From: Candidatus Poribacteria bacterium
GTDB taxonomy: Bacteria > Poribacteria > WGA-4E > WGA-3G
Length of the DNA stretch: 64,000 nt
Direction: 5' to 3'
Assembly (NCBI GenBank): GCA_965197475.1
Contig: CBDANF010000003.1
Coordinates: 768,001 to 832,000 of the forward strand
In this document: in pieces, positions 38,664 through 49,094 of the stretch
How the letters are laid out: each line of letters opens with the position of its first letter
How positions within the stretch are numbered: position 1 is the stretch's first letter
Notes under the pieces: generated by a model
Seen by the model: the letters and a program-made list of their open reading frames with translations, nothing else
Database searches by the model: none
Told to the model about the DNA's origin: nothing
Made by a program: the position numbers and the translations under genes

Positions 38664-41324
38664 ATGAAAAAATGGATCGTTCTAATCGCTGGATTATTGA
38701 TTGTTAACTTCGCTTATGGGCAGAATAATGTTGCCCAAAACGCATATCTAATTTTTGAAAATAATTGTCTCGGTTGCCACGGTGAATCCGGCATCTTTAA
38801 AGAGACACTCTATATTGAATACAACAACTTGATAGAAGTAGGTAGTGTTATACCTAATAATCCTGACGAATCAGAATTGTATAAACGATTGCTTCCATCG
38901 ACAGATCCAACTAAACGAATGCCTCTCGGTCAACCGCCACTTTCGGACGAGGCAATAGCAATGATCCATCAATGGATAGAGATGGGCGCGCCTGATTGGG
39001 CAGTAACCATCGGGGATCGCGCATTCATTACGCAAGGGACAATGATGGATACTATCAAAACGCATCTTGATACGCTTAACGCATTTGACCGTCCTTATGC
39101 GCGCTATTTTTCTATGACACACTTATATAATGCCGGTGAGACACCCGAAGTGCTTGCCGATTATCAATTGGCTCTTAACAAACTTGTGAATAGTCTATCG
39201 TGGGAAGGACAAATAGTCAATCCGCAGCCGATAGACACTGAACAGATGATCTACTACATAGATGTACGAGATTATGATTGGGATAAAAGTGAGGCATGGA
39301 CAGAACTTGAACAGGAATATCCGTATCACATCGCTTTCAACGCACCAGAACAGACAAGTCTAAATCAGAAACTCACAGACCTTCAAACAGAAATGAATTG
39401 TGAAGTGCCTGCTATCCATATAGACTGGTTTATAGCCAACGCCTCGCTTCCGCCGCTCTATTACGATATTCTGGACCTGCCTGAAACTGATTTTGAATTA
39501 GAACAACGACTAAATGTAGATGTCGTTGACAATCTTTTGAACGCGCCCGGACATAGCGTGTGGCGCGCAGGGTTTAGTGAATCTAAAGTGTCCAGCAATA
39601 ATCGCGTCGTAGAACGGCATACATCAAGCTATGGTGCTTACTGGAAAAGCTACGATTTTGCCGGTAGTGTTGGCAGACAAAACATTTTTGTGCATCCGAT
39701 ATCATTTATACACGATGGTGGTGAGGTGGTGTTCAACCTGCCAAATGGCTTACAAGCATACTATCTATCTAATGCGAAAAGCAATCGCCTGGATGTAGCA
39801 CCTATTGACATTGTATCTAATCCAGCAGCCAGCGATCAACGCGTGCGAAATGGGTTATCCTGTATCGGCTGCCACACCGAGGGTATGAAAACCTTTGAGG
39901 ACACTGTCCGACAAGCAATTGAACAGGCACCTGTCACACTCTATAACAAAGAACACGCATTACAACTTTATGTTGAACAATCGGAGATGGACGCGTTTGT
40001 GGAAGGTGATGCTATGCGTTACAAGGATGCGCTTGAACAAACGGGTGGCACAATCGGTGGCATTGAGCCGATACACCGCTTTTATGAAGCATTTCAGAAA
40101 CCCGTTACAACTGCACACGCGGCGGCTTCCCTCGGCTTAGGAACTGAAACGTTTATTCAAAAAATCAGTGGGAATATCAACTTACAAAGTTTAGGTTTGC
40201 ACGTATTCAGTAATCAGGGTACAATAAAACGGGACATTTGGACAGCCAGATTTCAAGAAATTGTTTACATATTAGATTTCCCAGATGGAAGCATAGAAAA
40301 GCCGGATGATTTTGTGGGGCAGGTTGTTCCTATTGGTTATGTTTACATACCGGATCTAAACCTACGCGCAATTATTGAAGATTATCTTGGTAAAACACAA
40401 GGTGCTCCAATTACCAAAGCCGAAATGGCAACGTTGGAGAGAATAGAAGCAGAAGATAAAGACATAAGTAATATTATTGGATTAGAGTGTGCTGTCAATA
40501 TAGTTAATGTGAAATTAAACGGAAATTCTATTTCTGACATAAGTCCTGTTGCGAATCTGAAAAACCTTGGAGCATTACAGATGTCCAATAATCCGGTGTT
40601 TGACTTATCACCACTTGCAAGACTTACGCAGCTGAAATATATAGCATTTAGTGGTTGGCAATTATCTGATATTTCTCCAATAAAGGATTTAATAAATCTT
40701 GAGAGGTTAGGGATTTCTTGGTCAAATGTAACGGATATATCAGTAGTTGCTAATATGAAAGCATTAAGACGCTTAAATCTCTATCATTGTGAGAAACTCA
40801 GTGATATATCACCACTTGCTAATTTACCTGAGTTGTGGGAGTTAGAACTTGGTGGTATAAAAAGTTTGTCAGATATTTCAGTTGTGACAACATTACCAAA
40901 TTTAAGAGTGTTAGATTTCCACGGTAGTCCCATACCCGATTCGTCACCATTATCGAGTCTAACAAATTTGAAAGAGTTGGATCTTAGAGGAACAAACATA
41001 TCTGATTTGTCTCCACTTGTGAATTTATGCAATTTAGAATATCTCAACTTAAGCGGTAATTCGATAGATCATATATCTATACTATTCCATCTGCTACCAC
41101 ACACGGAAATTATATGGAATGGAGGTATAGTCCCAACAGCAGATGTAAATGATGACGGTATCGTAAATATTTTAGATCTTGTTTCTGTTGCGAATGCTTT
41201 TGGTAAACCACTATCTGAGGAAATTTCTGCGCTTGATGTCAACTTTGATGATGTAATCAATATACTTGATTTGGTAACTGTTGCACAGCAAATGGGAGAA
41301 CGTTGTAGGATTAATCAACCATGA
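38664..41324 (+). CDS. Secreted diheme cytochrome c (planctomycete-type) + leucine-rich repeats + dockerin-like domain
   Basis: Signal peptide; CLGCH...RMP and CIGCH; internalin-like LRRs (ISDISPLANL); paired DVNDDGIVNILDLV / DVNFDDVINILDLV. Confidence 0.88.
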   Translation: MKKWIVLIAGLLIVNFAYGQNNVAQNAYLIFENNCLGCHGESGIFKETLYIEYNNLIEVGSVIPNNPDESELYKRLLPSTDPTKRMPLGQPPLSDEAIAMIHQWIEMGAPDWAVTIGDRAFITQGTMMDTIKTHLDTLNAFDRPYARYFSMTHLYNAGETPEVLADYQLALNKLVNSLSWEGQIVNPQPIDTEQMIYYIDVRDYDWDKSEAWTELEQEYPYHIAFNAPEQTSLNQKLTDLQTEMNCEVPAIHIDWFIANASLPPLYYDILDLPETDFELEQRLNVDVVDNLLNAPGHSVWRAGFSESKVSSNNRVVERHTSSYGAYWKSYDFAGSVGRQNIFVHPISFIHDGGEVVFNLPNGLQAYYLSNAKSNRLDVAPIDIVSNPAASDQRVRNGLSCIGCHTEGMKTFEDTVRQAIEQAPVTLYNKEHALQLYVEQSEMDAFVEGDAMRYKDALEQTGGTIGGIEPIHRFYEAFQKPVTTAHAAASLGLGTETFIQKISGNINLQSLGLHVFSNQGTIKRDIWTARFQEIVYILDFPDGSIEKPDDFVGQVVPIGYVYIPDLNLRAIIEDYLGKTQGAPITKAEMATLERIEAEDKDISNIIGLECAVNIVNVKLNGNSISDISPVANLKNLGALQMSNNPVFDLSPLARLTQLKYIAFSGWQLSDISPIKDLINLERLGISWSNVTDISVVANMKALRRLNLYHCEKLSDISPLANLPELWELELGGIKSLSDISVVTTLPNLRVLDFHGSPIPDSSPLSSLTNLKELDLRGTNISDLSPLVNLCNLEYLNLSGNSIDHISILFHLLPHTEIIWNGGIVPTADVNDDGIVNILDLVSVANAFGKPLSEEISALDVNFDDVINILDLVTVAQQMGERCRINQP

Positions 41325-41575
41325 AAGAGATCGTTGCACGTATATCAGATAAGACCTACGATAAGTTACAAGAGGTATCTGATATACAGAATCTATTAGC
41401 ACTCAAACAAGCTATAAGTTTGAATCCGTGGCTCGGTGACCTTTTAGAAAGTTGTAAGGAAGCCGTGAAACGCAACGAAATTCTGAAGCACAATAAAAGT
41501 ACTTCTTTATTGTTTGAGAAAAAATGGTTGGAAAAAGATTGTAAAAAATATAATGATATGGAGGAACAAATGTGA
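41321..41575 (+). CDS. Hypothetical protein
   Basis: 4-bp overlaps with both neighbours; AT-rich. Confidence 0.5.
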   Translation: MKEIVARISDKTYDKLQEVSDIQNLLALKQAISLNPWLGDLLESCKEAVKRNEILKHNKSTSLLFEKKWLEKDCKKYNDMEEQM

Positions 41576-42426
41576 AAAATTTTGAGTTTTTTGAACCGAC
41601 CACCCTTGCGGAAGCGTCCCACCTGTTTTCAAAAGAGCACGCGCAGCTCCTTGCAGGCGGGACAGACCTTGTTATCGGAATGAAGGCATATACCGAAACG
41701 CCGCAATCCGTGATTAGCCTACAAAAAATTTCGGGATTGGCTGGCATCACCACTGATACTGATAACAGCATCACTATCGGGGCAATGACGAAGGTCCGGG
41801 AAGTTGAATTGTCCGAGGATGTCCAAAAACACCATACAGCATTAGCGGAAGGTGCGGCAGAAATCGGGTCTATCCAAATTCGTAACCTCGCAACTATCGG
41901 TGGAAACATTGCGCACGCTTCCCCTGCAGCAGATACGGTTGCCGGTTTGCTCGTTGCTGATGCTCAGGTTAACATTGCAAGTGCTGATGGCGAACGAACA
42001 GTGCCGATTGATGAACTCTTCACAGGACCGGGACAGACCGTCTTAAAATCGGGTGAGATTATAACGCAATTTCGCCTACCGAATCCCCCATCTGGTTCCC
42101 ACTATATCAAGCATAAAATCCGTGAAGTAATGGATCTGGCGTTTATCGGTGTAGCTTCCGCTGTCAATTTGGATAACGGCACAATTACAGATGCCCGAAT
42201 CGGACTCGCCGCTGTTGCCCCCACACCGATTCGCGCGACCGAAGCAGAAAATTTACTAAAAGGGAAAGAAATCACACCAGAACTACTGCAACAAGCTGGC
42301 GAAGCAGCGGCAGCCGCAGCCAGTCCGATATCCGATCTACGATGCTCCGCTGAACATCGTAGAGAGATGGTTGATGTCCTTACAAGGCAAACCCTTCAAC
42401 ACGCTTTGGGCAGAGCAAGAGGGTAA
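41572..42426 (+). CDS. Xanthine dehydrogenase/CoxM family FAD-binding subunit
   Basis: AGGTDL, QIRNLATIGGN, ASPAAD. Confidence 0.93.
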   Translation: MKNFEFFEPTTLAEASHLFSKEHAQLLAGGTDLVIGMKAYTETPQSVISLQKISGLAGITTDTDNSITIGAMTKVREVELSEDVQKHHTALAEGAAEIGSIQIRNLATIGGNIAHASPAADTVAGLLVADAQVNIASADGERTVPIDELFTGPGQTVLKSGEIITQFRLPNPPSGSHYIKHKIREVMDLAFIGVASAVNLDNGTITDARIGLAAVAPTPIRATEAENLLKGKEITPELLQQAGEAAAAAASPISDLRCSAEHRREMVDVLTRQTLQHALGRARG

Positions 42427-42497
42427 AAAAGCATTCATATTTAAGCGAGGACTGACGTTCACGCCTCGCATCGTATTTGAAGGTCAAGGAGGAAAAT

Positions 42498-42977
42498 ATG
42501 GCAAAACACCCTGTCAGTCTAACAGTCAACGGTGATGAACACGATTTACTTATTGAACCGCGCAAAACCTTACTCGCGGTGCTGCGCGATACAATTGGTT
42601 TGACAGGTACCAAAGAAGGATGTAGCACAGGGGACTGCGGTGCATGCACCGTCATCGTTGATGGCAAAGCCGTCACGTCCTGTATGGTGCTCGGCGTTAC
42701 CGTCTCTGGAAAAGAAATTACCACTATTGAAGGTTTAGCCAGTGAAGGTGAACTTCATCCTATTCAACAAGCGTTTATTGATACCGGCGGTTATCAGTGC
42801 GGTTTTTGTACCCCCGGTTTCATCATGGCATCAAAGGTACTTGTAGATGAGAATCCAAACCGGACCGAAGAGGAATTCAGACACGCGCTTGGCGGGAACA
42901 TCTGCCGCTGTACCGGATATACAAAAATTCTTGAAGCAGTGCTACAAGCCGCAGAAGAGATACGTACAACTTCATAG
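42498..42977 (+). CDS. CoxS-like [2Fe-2S] subunit
   Basis: GCSTGDCGACT, QCGFCTPG, GNICRCTGY. Confidence 0.95.
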   Translation: MAKHPVSLTVNGDEHDLLIEPRKTLLAVLRDTIGLTGTKEGCSTGDCGACTVIVDGKAVTSCMVLGVTVSGKEITTIEGLASEGELHPIQQAFIDTGGYQCGFCTPGFIMASKVLVDENPNRTEEEFRHALGGNICRCTGYTKILEAVLQAAEEIRTTS

Positions 42978-43023
42978 AGAACGTGCAGATTAGATCTGCA
43001 CTAAAGTTAAAAAGGAGAAAAAC

Positions 43024-43272
43024 ATGGCAAAAACACATCGTGGAGTAGGTATAAGACACCTATATGTTGATCCAAACGGAAATGTTCATGAAGGCGAATA
43101 CAACAACGGTCGCGGCACCTGTCCTGCTTGTGGACGTACCGGTGTGAAAGTGTTACCCGATTATAGTGTAGAGGTTGGTGAGGATTCCGTAAACGTTTGT
43201 AAAAGATGCTATACTGCTATTGGGCGTGGGAAAATAGAACTTCCAGCTGCAAGCCAAGCCGCAGAGGAGTAG
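43024..43272 (+). CDS. Small Zn-ribbon protein
   Basis: AAGGAG RBS; GRGTCPACGRTGVK...VCKRC. Confidence 0.75.
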   Translation: MAKTHRGVGIRHLYVDPNGNVHEGEYNNGRGTCPACGRTGVKVLPDYSVEVGEDSVNVCKRCYTAIGRGKIELPAASQAAEE

Positions 43273-43305
43273 ACATACAAATTATCGAAATAAAAGGAGA
43301 ATTGC

Positions 43306-45603
43306 ATGTCAGAATATAGTGTTGTCGGTAAAAAACTACCGCGGGTTGATGCTGTCGAAAAAGTGACTGGTGCCGCACAATACGGCGCGGATGTTCACCC
43401 CGCTGGAATGCTCTACGGCAAAATCGTTCGAAGCAAGCATGTGCACGCCAATATCCTAAGTATTGATACAAGCGAAGCAGAAAAACTGCCAGGGGTCAGG
43501 GCAATTATTACGCAAGACGACGTTCCAAGTGGACGAAGAGTCTTCGCTACTGATAAAGTGCTTTATTTGGGCGAACCGCTTGCCGCTGTTGCTGCTACCG
43601 ACCCAGACATCGTTGAGGAAGCCGCTGAACTCATCAAAATTGAATACAAAGTTCTGCCTGTTGTGCAGGACGTGATGGAAGCGATTAAGCCATCAGCACC
43701 CCGCTTGCACGGGGATGCAACAAAAGAAGGCCCAAGCCGACGAGATATTAGTGCCAAAATTAAGGAACTCTCTCACGACGAGGCGGATAGTAATAGCGAT
43801 GAAATTCGTAGACTTGAGGCTGAATTAGAGAAATATCCCGATGAAGTTTACTATAATATCTCCGCCGAAAGCCACACTGCTGCAGGCGATGTTGAAAAAG
43901 GATTTGCCGAGTCTGATGTTGTCGTTGAGGACACTTATGTGATTCCGCGTGTCCATCAAACCTACATGGAACCTCACGTTTCCGTTGCCAGTGCGGATTC
44001 ATCAGGTAAGGTCACCGTCTGGGCATCCACGCAAGGTCCGTTCGCAATCCGTTCAGGTATCGCAGCTACACTCGGCATTCCATTGACACAAATTAACGTC
44101 ATCGGAACAACTATGGGTGGTGGTTTTGGTGGGCGTTTTGGCGTGATTATTACGCATGTTCCTGCTGTGTTACTCTCACAAAAAACCGGACGTGCTGTTC
44201 GTGTGCAAATGACGCGTGAAGAGGAATTCCTTGATGGTAGACCCGCCCCTGGATGCGTTATCAAACTGAAAACAGGAGCCACCAAAGATGGACGTATCCT
44301 CGCGCGGCAAGCACTTGCATTTTGGGATTCAGGATCAGTCTCAGGAGCATCTATCGGCAGTACAATTCGCGTTCGTGGTGTCTACAAAATTCCAAATATC
44401 AAAGTAGACGCTTATGGCGTGCATACCAACAAATCCGGCACTGCTGCTTATAGGGCACCAGGCGCACCACAAGCCATTTTCGCAGGCGAATCGCAGCTTG
44501 ACGATATTGCTGAACAAATAGGCATGGACCCAGTCAAATTCCGTCTGATGAATATGCGCGAAGAGGGAGATGCTGTCCCCGCAGGAGGAAGCGAACCGAA
44601 AGTCGGTTACAAGGAAACCTTGGAGGCTGTTGCAGATGCCGCCGGATGGTGGGATCGGGAAGCTGATAATAATCAAGGCTGGGGCGTTGCTGTTGGTGAT
44701 TGGACAAACGGTTGTGGTCCTGGTGGTGTTTATGTTTCTGTCCACGAAGATGGAAGTGCGCGAATATTCCACGGTTCTATGGACATCACAGGAACAGATA
44801 CAGCTATCACGCAAATTATTGCTGAAATCTTGACTATTCCGTATGAAAACGTCACAATCCGCCGTGGCGACACAGATTCAGCCCCGTACTCTACCGGATC
44901 AGGCGGTAGCGTTGTCACTTTCACTATGGGGAATACTGCTAAACTTGCGGCTGAAGACGCACGCAAACGTATTCTTGAACTCGCCTCTGAAAGACTCAAT
45001 ACGAATGAGGATAACCTTGAACTTAGAGACGGTGGTGTCCATATTATTACTGCAGATCCACCCAAATCCATTTCATTAGGGGAACTCGCAGCGTATAGTC
45101 TCTCAACAACAGGGGGTCCTATTGTTGGGAAAGGTTCTTTCGCACGTCAACCGAGTACACCTGCTCTCGCAGCACAGATTGCTAAAGTTGAGGTAGACCC
45201 TGACACCGGCAGAACCAGAGTCCTAAAGCTTGTTGCCTCGCAAGATGTTGGTTTCGCTATTAATCCGATGGCAGTGGAAGGGCAAATTGAAGGTGGTACG
45301 GTGCAAGGCTATGCATGGGCTATGATGGAAGAGATGCAATACGGTGAAAATGGAAACGTCAATCCGGGATTCGTCGATTACCGTGTGCCGACTTCTGCCG
45401 ACCTTCCGACAGTTGAATCTGTTATCGTTGAAGTGCCCGCGCCTAATGGTCCTTACGGTGCTAAAGGTGTTGGAGAGCCTCCTATCACCCCGACATTGGC
45501 AACGATGGCAAATGCTGTTAGAGATGCCGTCGGTGTCCGTATCACCGAACTGCCGATCAAACCCGAAAAGGTTATTGAGGCATTAAAGAATAACGGACAT
45601 TAG
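43306..45603 (+). CDS. Xanthine dehydrogenase family molybdopterin-binding subunit
   Basis: KVTGAAQY, MGGGFGG, AYRAPG, VEGQIEGG, AKGVGE. Confidence 0.95.
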   Translation: MSEYSVVGKKLPRVDAVEKVTGAAQYGADVHPAGMLYGKIVRSKHVHANILSIDTSEAEKLPGVRAIITQDDVPSGRRVFATDKVLYLGEPLAAVAATDPDIVEEAAELIKIEYKVLPVVQDVMEAIKPSAPRLHGDATKEGPSRRDISAKIKELSHDEADSNSDEIRRLEAELEKYPDEVYYNISAESHTAAGDVEKGFAESDVVVEDTYVIPRVHQTYMEPHVSVASADSSGKVTVWASTQGPFAIRSGIAATLGIPLTQINVIGTTMGGGFGGRFGVIITHVPAVLLSQKTGRAVRVQMTREEEFLDGRPAPGCVIKLKTGATKDGRILARQALAFWDSGSVSGASIGSTIRVRGVYKIPNIKVDAYGVHTNKSGTAAYRAPGAPQAIFAGESQLDDIAEQIGMDPVKFRLMNMREEGDAVPAGGSEPKVGYKETLEAVADAAGWWDREADNNQGWGVAVGDWTNGCGPGGVYVSVHEDGSARIFHGSMDITGTDTAITQIIAEILTIPYENVTIRRGDTDSAPYSTGSGGSVVTFTMGNTAKLAAEDARKRILELASERLNTNEDNLELRDGGVHIITADPPKSISLGELAAYSLSTTGGPIVGKGSFARQPSTPALAAQIAKVEVDPDTGRTRVLKLVASQDVGFAINPMAVEGQIEGGTVQGYAWAMMEEMQYGENGNVNPGFVDYRVPTSADLPTVESVIVEVPAPNGPYGAKGVGEPPITPTLATMANAVRDAVGVRITELPIKPEKVIEALKNNGH

Positions 45604-45671
45604 TTCTCTGTAAGGTTCAGCGGATAGTAAGCGATTACTTTGTAATTACCCCTTTACGTTAGAAAGGAAAT

Positions 45672-45695
45672 TTGGGCGGAATCTGTTCCGCCCAA
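45672..45695. terminator. Stem-loop
   Basis: TTGGGCGGAA-TCTG-TTCCGCCCAA. Confidence 0.5.
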
Positions 45696-45702
45696 CAATT
45701 TT

Positions 45703-46419
45703 ATGTTTGGTGAAATTAGAAACGAGCACGGTGAACGTCTTGATTATACATATCATGAAGGCAAAGGTAACAAGATTGTAGTAATAGGGCATGGTGTCAC
45801 CGGCAATAAAGATAGACCTGCCCTCATCGCTTTGGCAGAAGGGCTTGCCGATGCTGGCATTTCTGCCTTGCGCTTCTCATTCTCCGGTAATGGTGAATCA
45901 GAAGGTAAATTTACAAACTCCACTATCACAAAAGAGGTAGCAGACCTCGGTAGCATTATTGATGTGCTAAGCGAATATAAAGTTTGCTACGTTGGGCATA
46001 GTATGGGCGGTGCAGTCGGTGTGCTGCGTGCCGCTGCTGATGAACGCATTGAAGTACTTGCATCGCTTGCGGGAATGGTACATACAAAAGCATTTGCTGA
46101 CCGTGAATTTGGTGATGTAACACCCGACGAAGGTTTTATGTGGGATGAACCTGACTGCCCTCTCTCACAAACCTATATGAATGACATGGCAACGATTGAT
46201 AGTGTTGCAAAACATGCAAGTAAATTTGCTGTCCCTTGGCTCTTGGTTCACGGTTCAGAGGATGACATCGTTCCAATTCAAGATAGTATTGATGTCCTTC
46301 AGCACGCGAATGAACCGACAGAACTCCTTGATCTACCTGGCGCAGACCATGTATTTTCTGGCGATTCTACTGCTGTCATGGTTGAGAAAGTCGTCGCATG
46401 GATTAATGCAAAATTGTAG
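45703..46419 (+). CDS. Alpha/beta hydrolase
   Basis: GHSMGG nucleophile elbow, HGSEDDIV, GADH. Confidence 0.92.
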   Translation: MFGEIRNEHGERLDYTYHEGKGNKIVVIGHGVTGNKDRPALIALAEGLADAGISALRFSFSGNGESEGKFTNSTITKEVADLGSIIDVLSEYKVCYVGHSMGGAVGVLRAAADERIEVLASLAGMVHTKAFADREFGDVTPDEGFMWDEPDCPLSQTYMNDMATIDSVAKHASKFAVPWLLVHGSEDDIVPIQDSIDVLQHANEPTELLDLPGADHVFSGDSTAVMVEKVVAWINAKL

Positions 46420-46456
46420 ATACTACCCCCGAAATTGAACTTTGGAGAAAATAAAT

Positions 46457-48190
46457 ATGCCATTACCTCGTCTTTCTGTCTCAACGTGGAGTCTGCATCG
46501 GCAACTTGGAAGACCCGGATTTACCGGACCTGCACACGACATGCAAATCCCTACTGAAACCCACAACAAAGGTCCCATTTCACTTTTGGATTTGCCCACG
46601 CACATCGCTGAATTCGGCATAAATACCGTGGAAATTTGCCATTTCCATCTCCCATCTGTTGAGAAAAGTTATCTATATGAACTCCGCGCTGCACTCCAAG
46701 GTGCCGACGTTGAACTGTTCTCTTTATTATAGTAAAACCTGTAATTACTTATACACTTTTATAATATCATCAATAGAGGTCTCAGCGTTGTATTGACGTA
46801 TCCGCTTGATGTTAGCGAAATCTTTCTCAATCGGATTCAACTCCGGTGAATACGGTGGTAAAAACAACAAACTCGCACCGCATTCCCGGATCAATGCTTC
46901 TGTTTGTGAACCTTTGTGGAAAGAGGCATTATCCATAATCACAACGTGGCTGTCGTCAAGCAAAGGACATAACATCTCCGAAAGCCATGCGTTGAAGGCA
47001 ACCGCATCGCAACTACCTTCGAAAAGCACAGGCACTGTGAAACATCCATCAAGACGTGCCGCAATCAAGGTTGTGGTGGTATACCGATGACTTGGCACTT
47101 TATCTTCAACACGGACACCTTTCGGGCATAAGCATACCGACGGAAATCGGTTTCGGTGAAACCACTTTCGTCAAGATAAACCGGTTTTTTGCCATGCTCG
47201 TGTGTCTCTTGTTGAAGTGCCGAGAGATACTCTTGGCGTTTTACCGGACACTGTTCTTTGTAGGTCGTGGTCTTTTTTTTCGCGTGATATTGAGTTTTGC
47301 CAAGGCATAAAAGATGCCGTTTGTTGAAACACCGAAGTGTTTGGCACGTTCGGCGAGTGTGCTATCGGGAAAATCGGCAACATGTTGTTGAAGCGCATCA
47401 TAATCAATGTGTCGGGGCCCTTTGGGACCCGGCTTCTCATAGGCAAAGGGGTCTTCTGCTTCTAACCAGTTATAGATCGTCCTTCTTGAGACACCGAAGG
47501 TGCGTTCTGCGGCGGCTTTACTGCCACCATTATTGATGAAATCAAGCACGCGTTTGCGTCCATCTGTTGAATATGCCATAATCATAAAGGCTAACATAAA
47601 TCACAGAAAATGTAAACTTATTTTCAGGATCTACTATAATAGACGATGGTGACATCACGCACCCATCTGAAGCAGAACGCGACATCGCATGGATTGAAAA
47701 ATGGATTGACATTGCTGGTGAACTTGGCGCACAGTGTACACGCGTTATCGGAGGAAAAGCAGCACCCTCTGAAGATACCTTAGCGCAAAGTCAACATGCC
47801 CTCTCCCGACTCACCGAACACGCTGAGACTGCTGGCATCCGTTTGATGACCGAAAACTGGTTCTCCATCTTTTCTACACCAGAAAATGTCAACACGATTT
47901 TAGGCAAATTAGATGGCAAAGTTGGACTCTGTTTAGATTTTGGCAACTGGCGTGGTGATACAAAATACGTTGACCTCGCAGCGATTGCACCAATGGCAGA
48001 ATCGTGTCATACCAAAGCACATTTTGATGCCCCGCGCGAAATGGATAAAGAAGATTACGTCCATTGCCTTGAACTTACACAAGAAGCTGGTTTTGCTGGA
48101 CCGCATACCCTCATCTACGATGGACCTGGTGATGACGAATGGGAAGGCTTGGCGATTGAACGCGAAGTTGTGAACCCCTACCTCAACTAA
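46457..48190 (+). pseudogene. Xylose isomerase-like TIM-barrel protein interrupted by IS630
   Basis: Removing 46730-47636 plus one TA restores FSLLIDDGDITHP in frame; TENW, DFGNW and CHTKAHF motifs. Confidence 0.88.
46730..47636 (-). mobile_element. IS630-family element with TA duplication; transposase carries an additional frameshift
   Basis: TA at 46728-29 and 47637-38; TIRs TAGTAAAACCTG / TAGTAGATCCTG; orfA MAYSTD from 47579; A-run-G slippery site at ~47272-47280; LDESGF, MDNASFH, PPYSPELNPIE; extra 1-nt loss near 47125. Confidence 0.92.
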
Positions 48191-48203
48191 AGTTAGGTTA
48201 AAT

Positions 48204-49094
48204 ATGTTTTCACTATCACAAATACAACATAGTCTAAACGTCGCTTGGAACAAACAACAAGTCTTGGGCTACCATTTTCCTGAAGATGGCAACCGTCCCT
48301 TTTGCCATCCGTTGAACCTACCCAATGCGCCGTCGCTTACAATGAACGAACCCGGCGACCACGTACATCATCAAGGGTTATGGGTTGCGTGGAAAAAGGT
48401 CAACGAGGTTAATTTTTGGGAACAACCCGCACAAGGGGCAGACCCAACCGGCTTCGGAAAGATCGTCCATCAACGGATTATTTCGCAGAGAGCGAATGCC
48501 GACAGCGCGAGTTTCGCAACAGAAAACGCTTGGATAGATTGGCGTGGCATAACACATCTAACAGAGCAGCGAGAGATAACCGTTCACTCTCCAACTGTTA
48601 ATGTGATGAAGATTTCCGTGTCGTTAACCTTTCACCCTAACGAGCGTGAGGTTGTGCTTGACCTCCGGCGCGGAGAACCCGGTGCAGATGGCAGATACTA
48701 CAGCGGCATGGCAATCCGATTTGACAATATCATAACGCCGGGCAATCTATTGGACGCAGATGGACGTACTGAACCGATGGACATCTTCGGTAAACAGAGT
48801 CGGTGGTGCAGTTTCACTTCGCAACACCCGACTGACAATGAAACCTACGGTGTCGCTATCATCGATCATCCCGATAATCCCCGTTATCCGACAACGTGGT
48901 GGGTACGCAATCGAAAAAACTACTGCTTAATCCATCCCTCACCTGTCTATTATGAACCGTTCCATCTCGCCTCCGATGAAACCTTGACCTTGCAGTATAG
49001 TGTTGTTCTTTATCGCGGTCAACCTGACGTGTGTACTGCCATCGGAAATTTAGGCCACTACCTAAAACAAGATTGTGATATAATTACAATCTAA
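48204..49094 (+). CDS. PmoA-like / DUF6807 family protein, C-terminus replaced by IS3 sequence
   Basis: RPFCHPL, DHVHHQGLW, NFW, YSG, DHPDNPRYP..W.VR motifs. Confidence 0.75.
   Translation: MFSLSQIQHSLNVAWNKQQVLGYHFPEDGNRPFCHPLNLPNAPSLTMNEPGDHVHHQGLWVAWKKVNEVNFWEQPAQGADPTGFGKIVHQRIISQRANADSASFATENAWIDWRGITHLTEQREITVHSPTVNVMKISVSLTFHPNEREVVLDLRRGEPGADGRYYSGMAIRFDNIITPGNLLDADGRTEPMDIFGKQSRWCSFTSQHPTDNETYGVAIIDHPDNPRYPTTWWVRNRKNYCLIHPSPVYYEPFHLASDETLTLQYSVVLYRGQPDVCTAIGNLGHYLKQDCDIITI

Noticed and set aside
41572-45603. Aerobic CO dehydrogenase coxMSL
   Set aside because: Lacks the AYxCSFR signature and the coxDEFG accessory genes.
48204-49094. Particulate methane monooxygenase
   Set aside because: Soluble protein without TM helices; the PmoA-like family name is misleading; no pmoB or pmoC.
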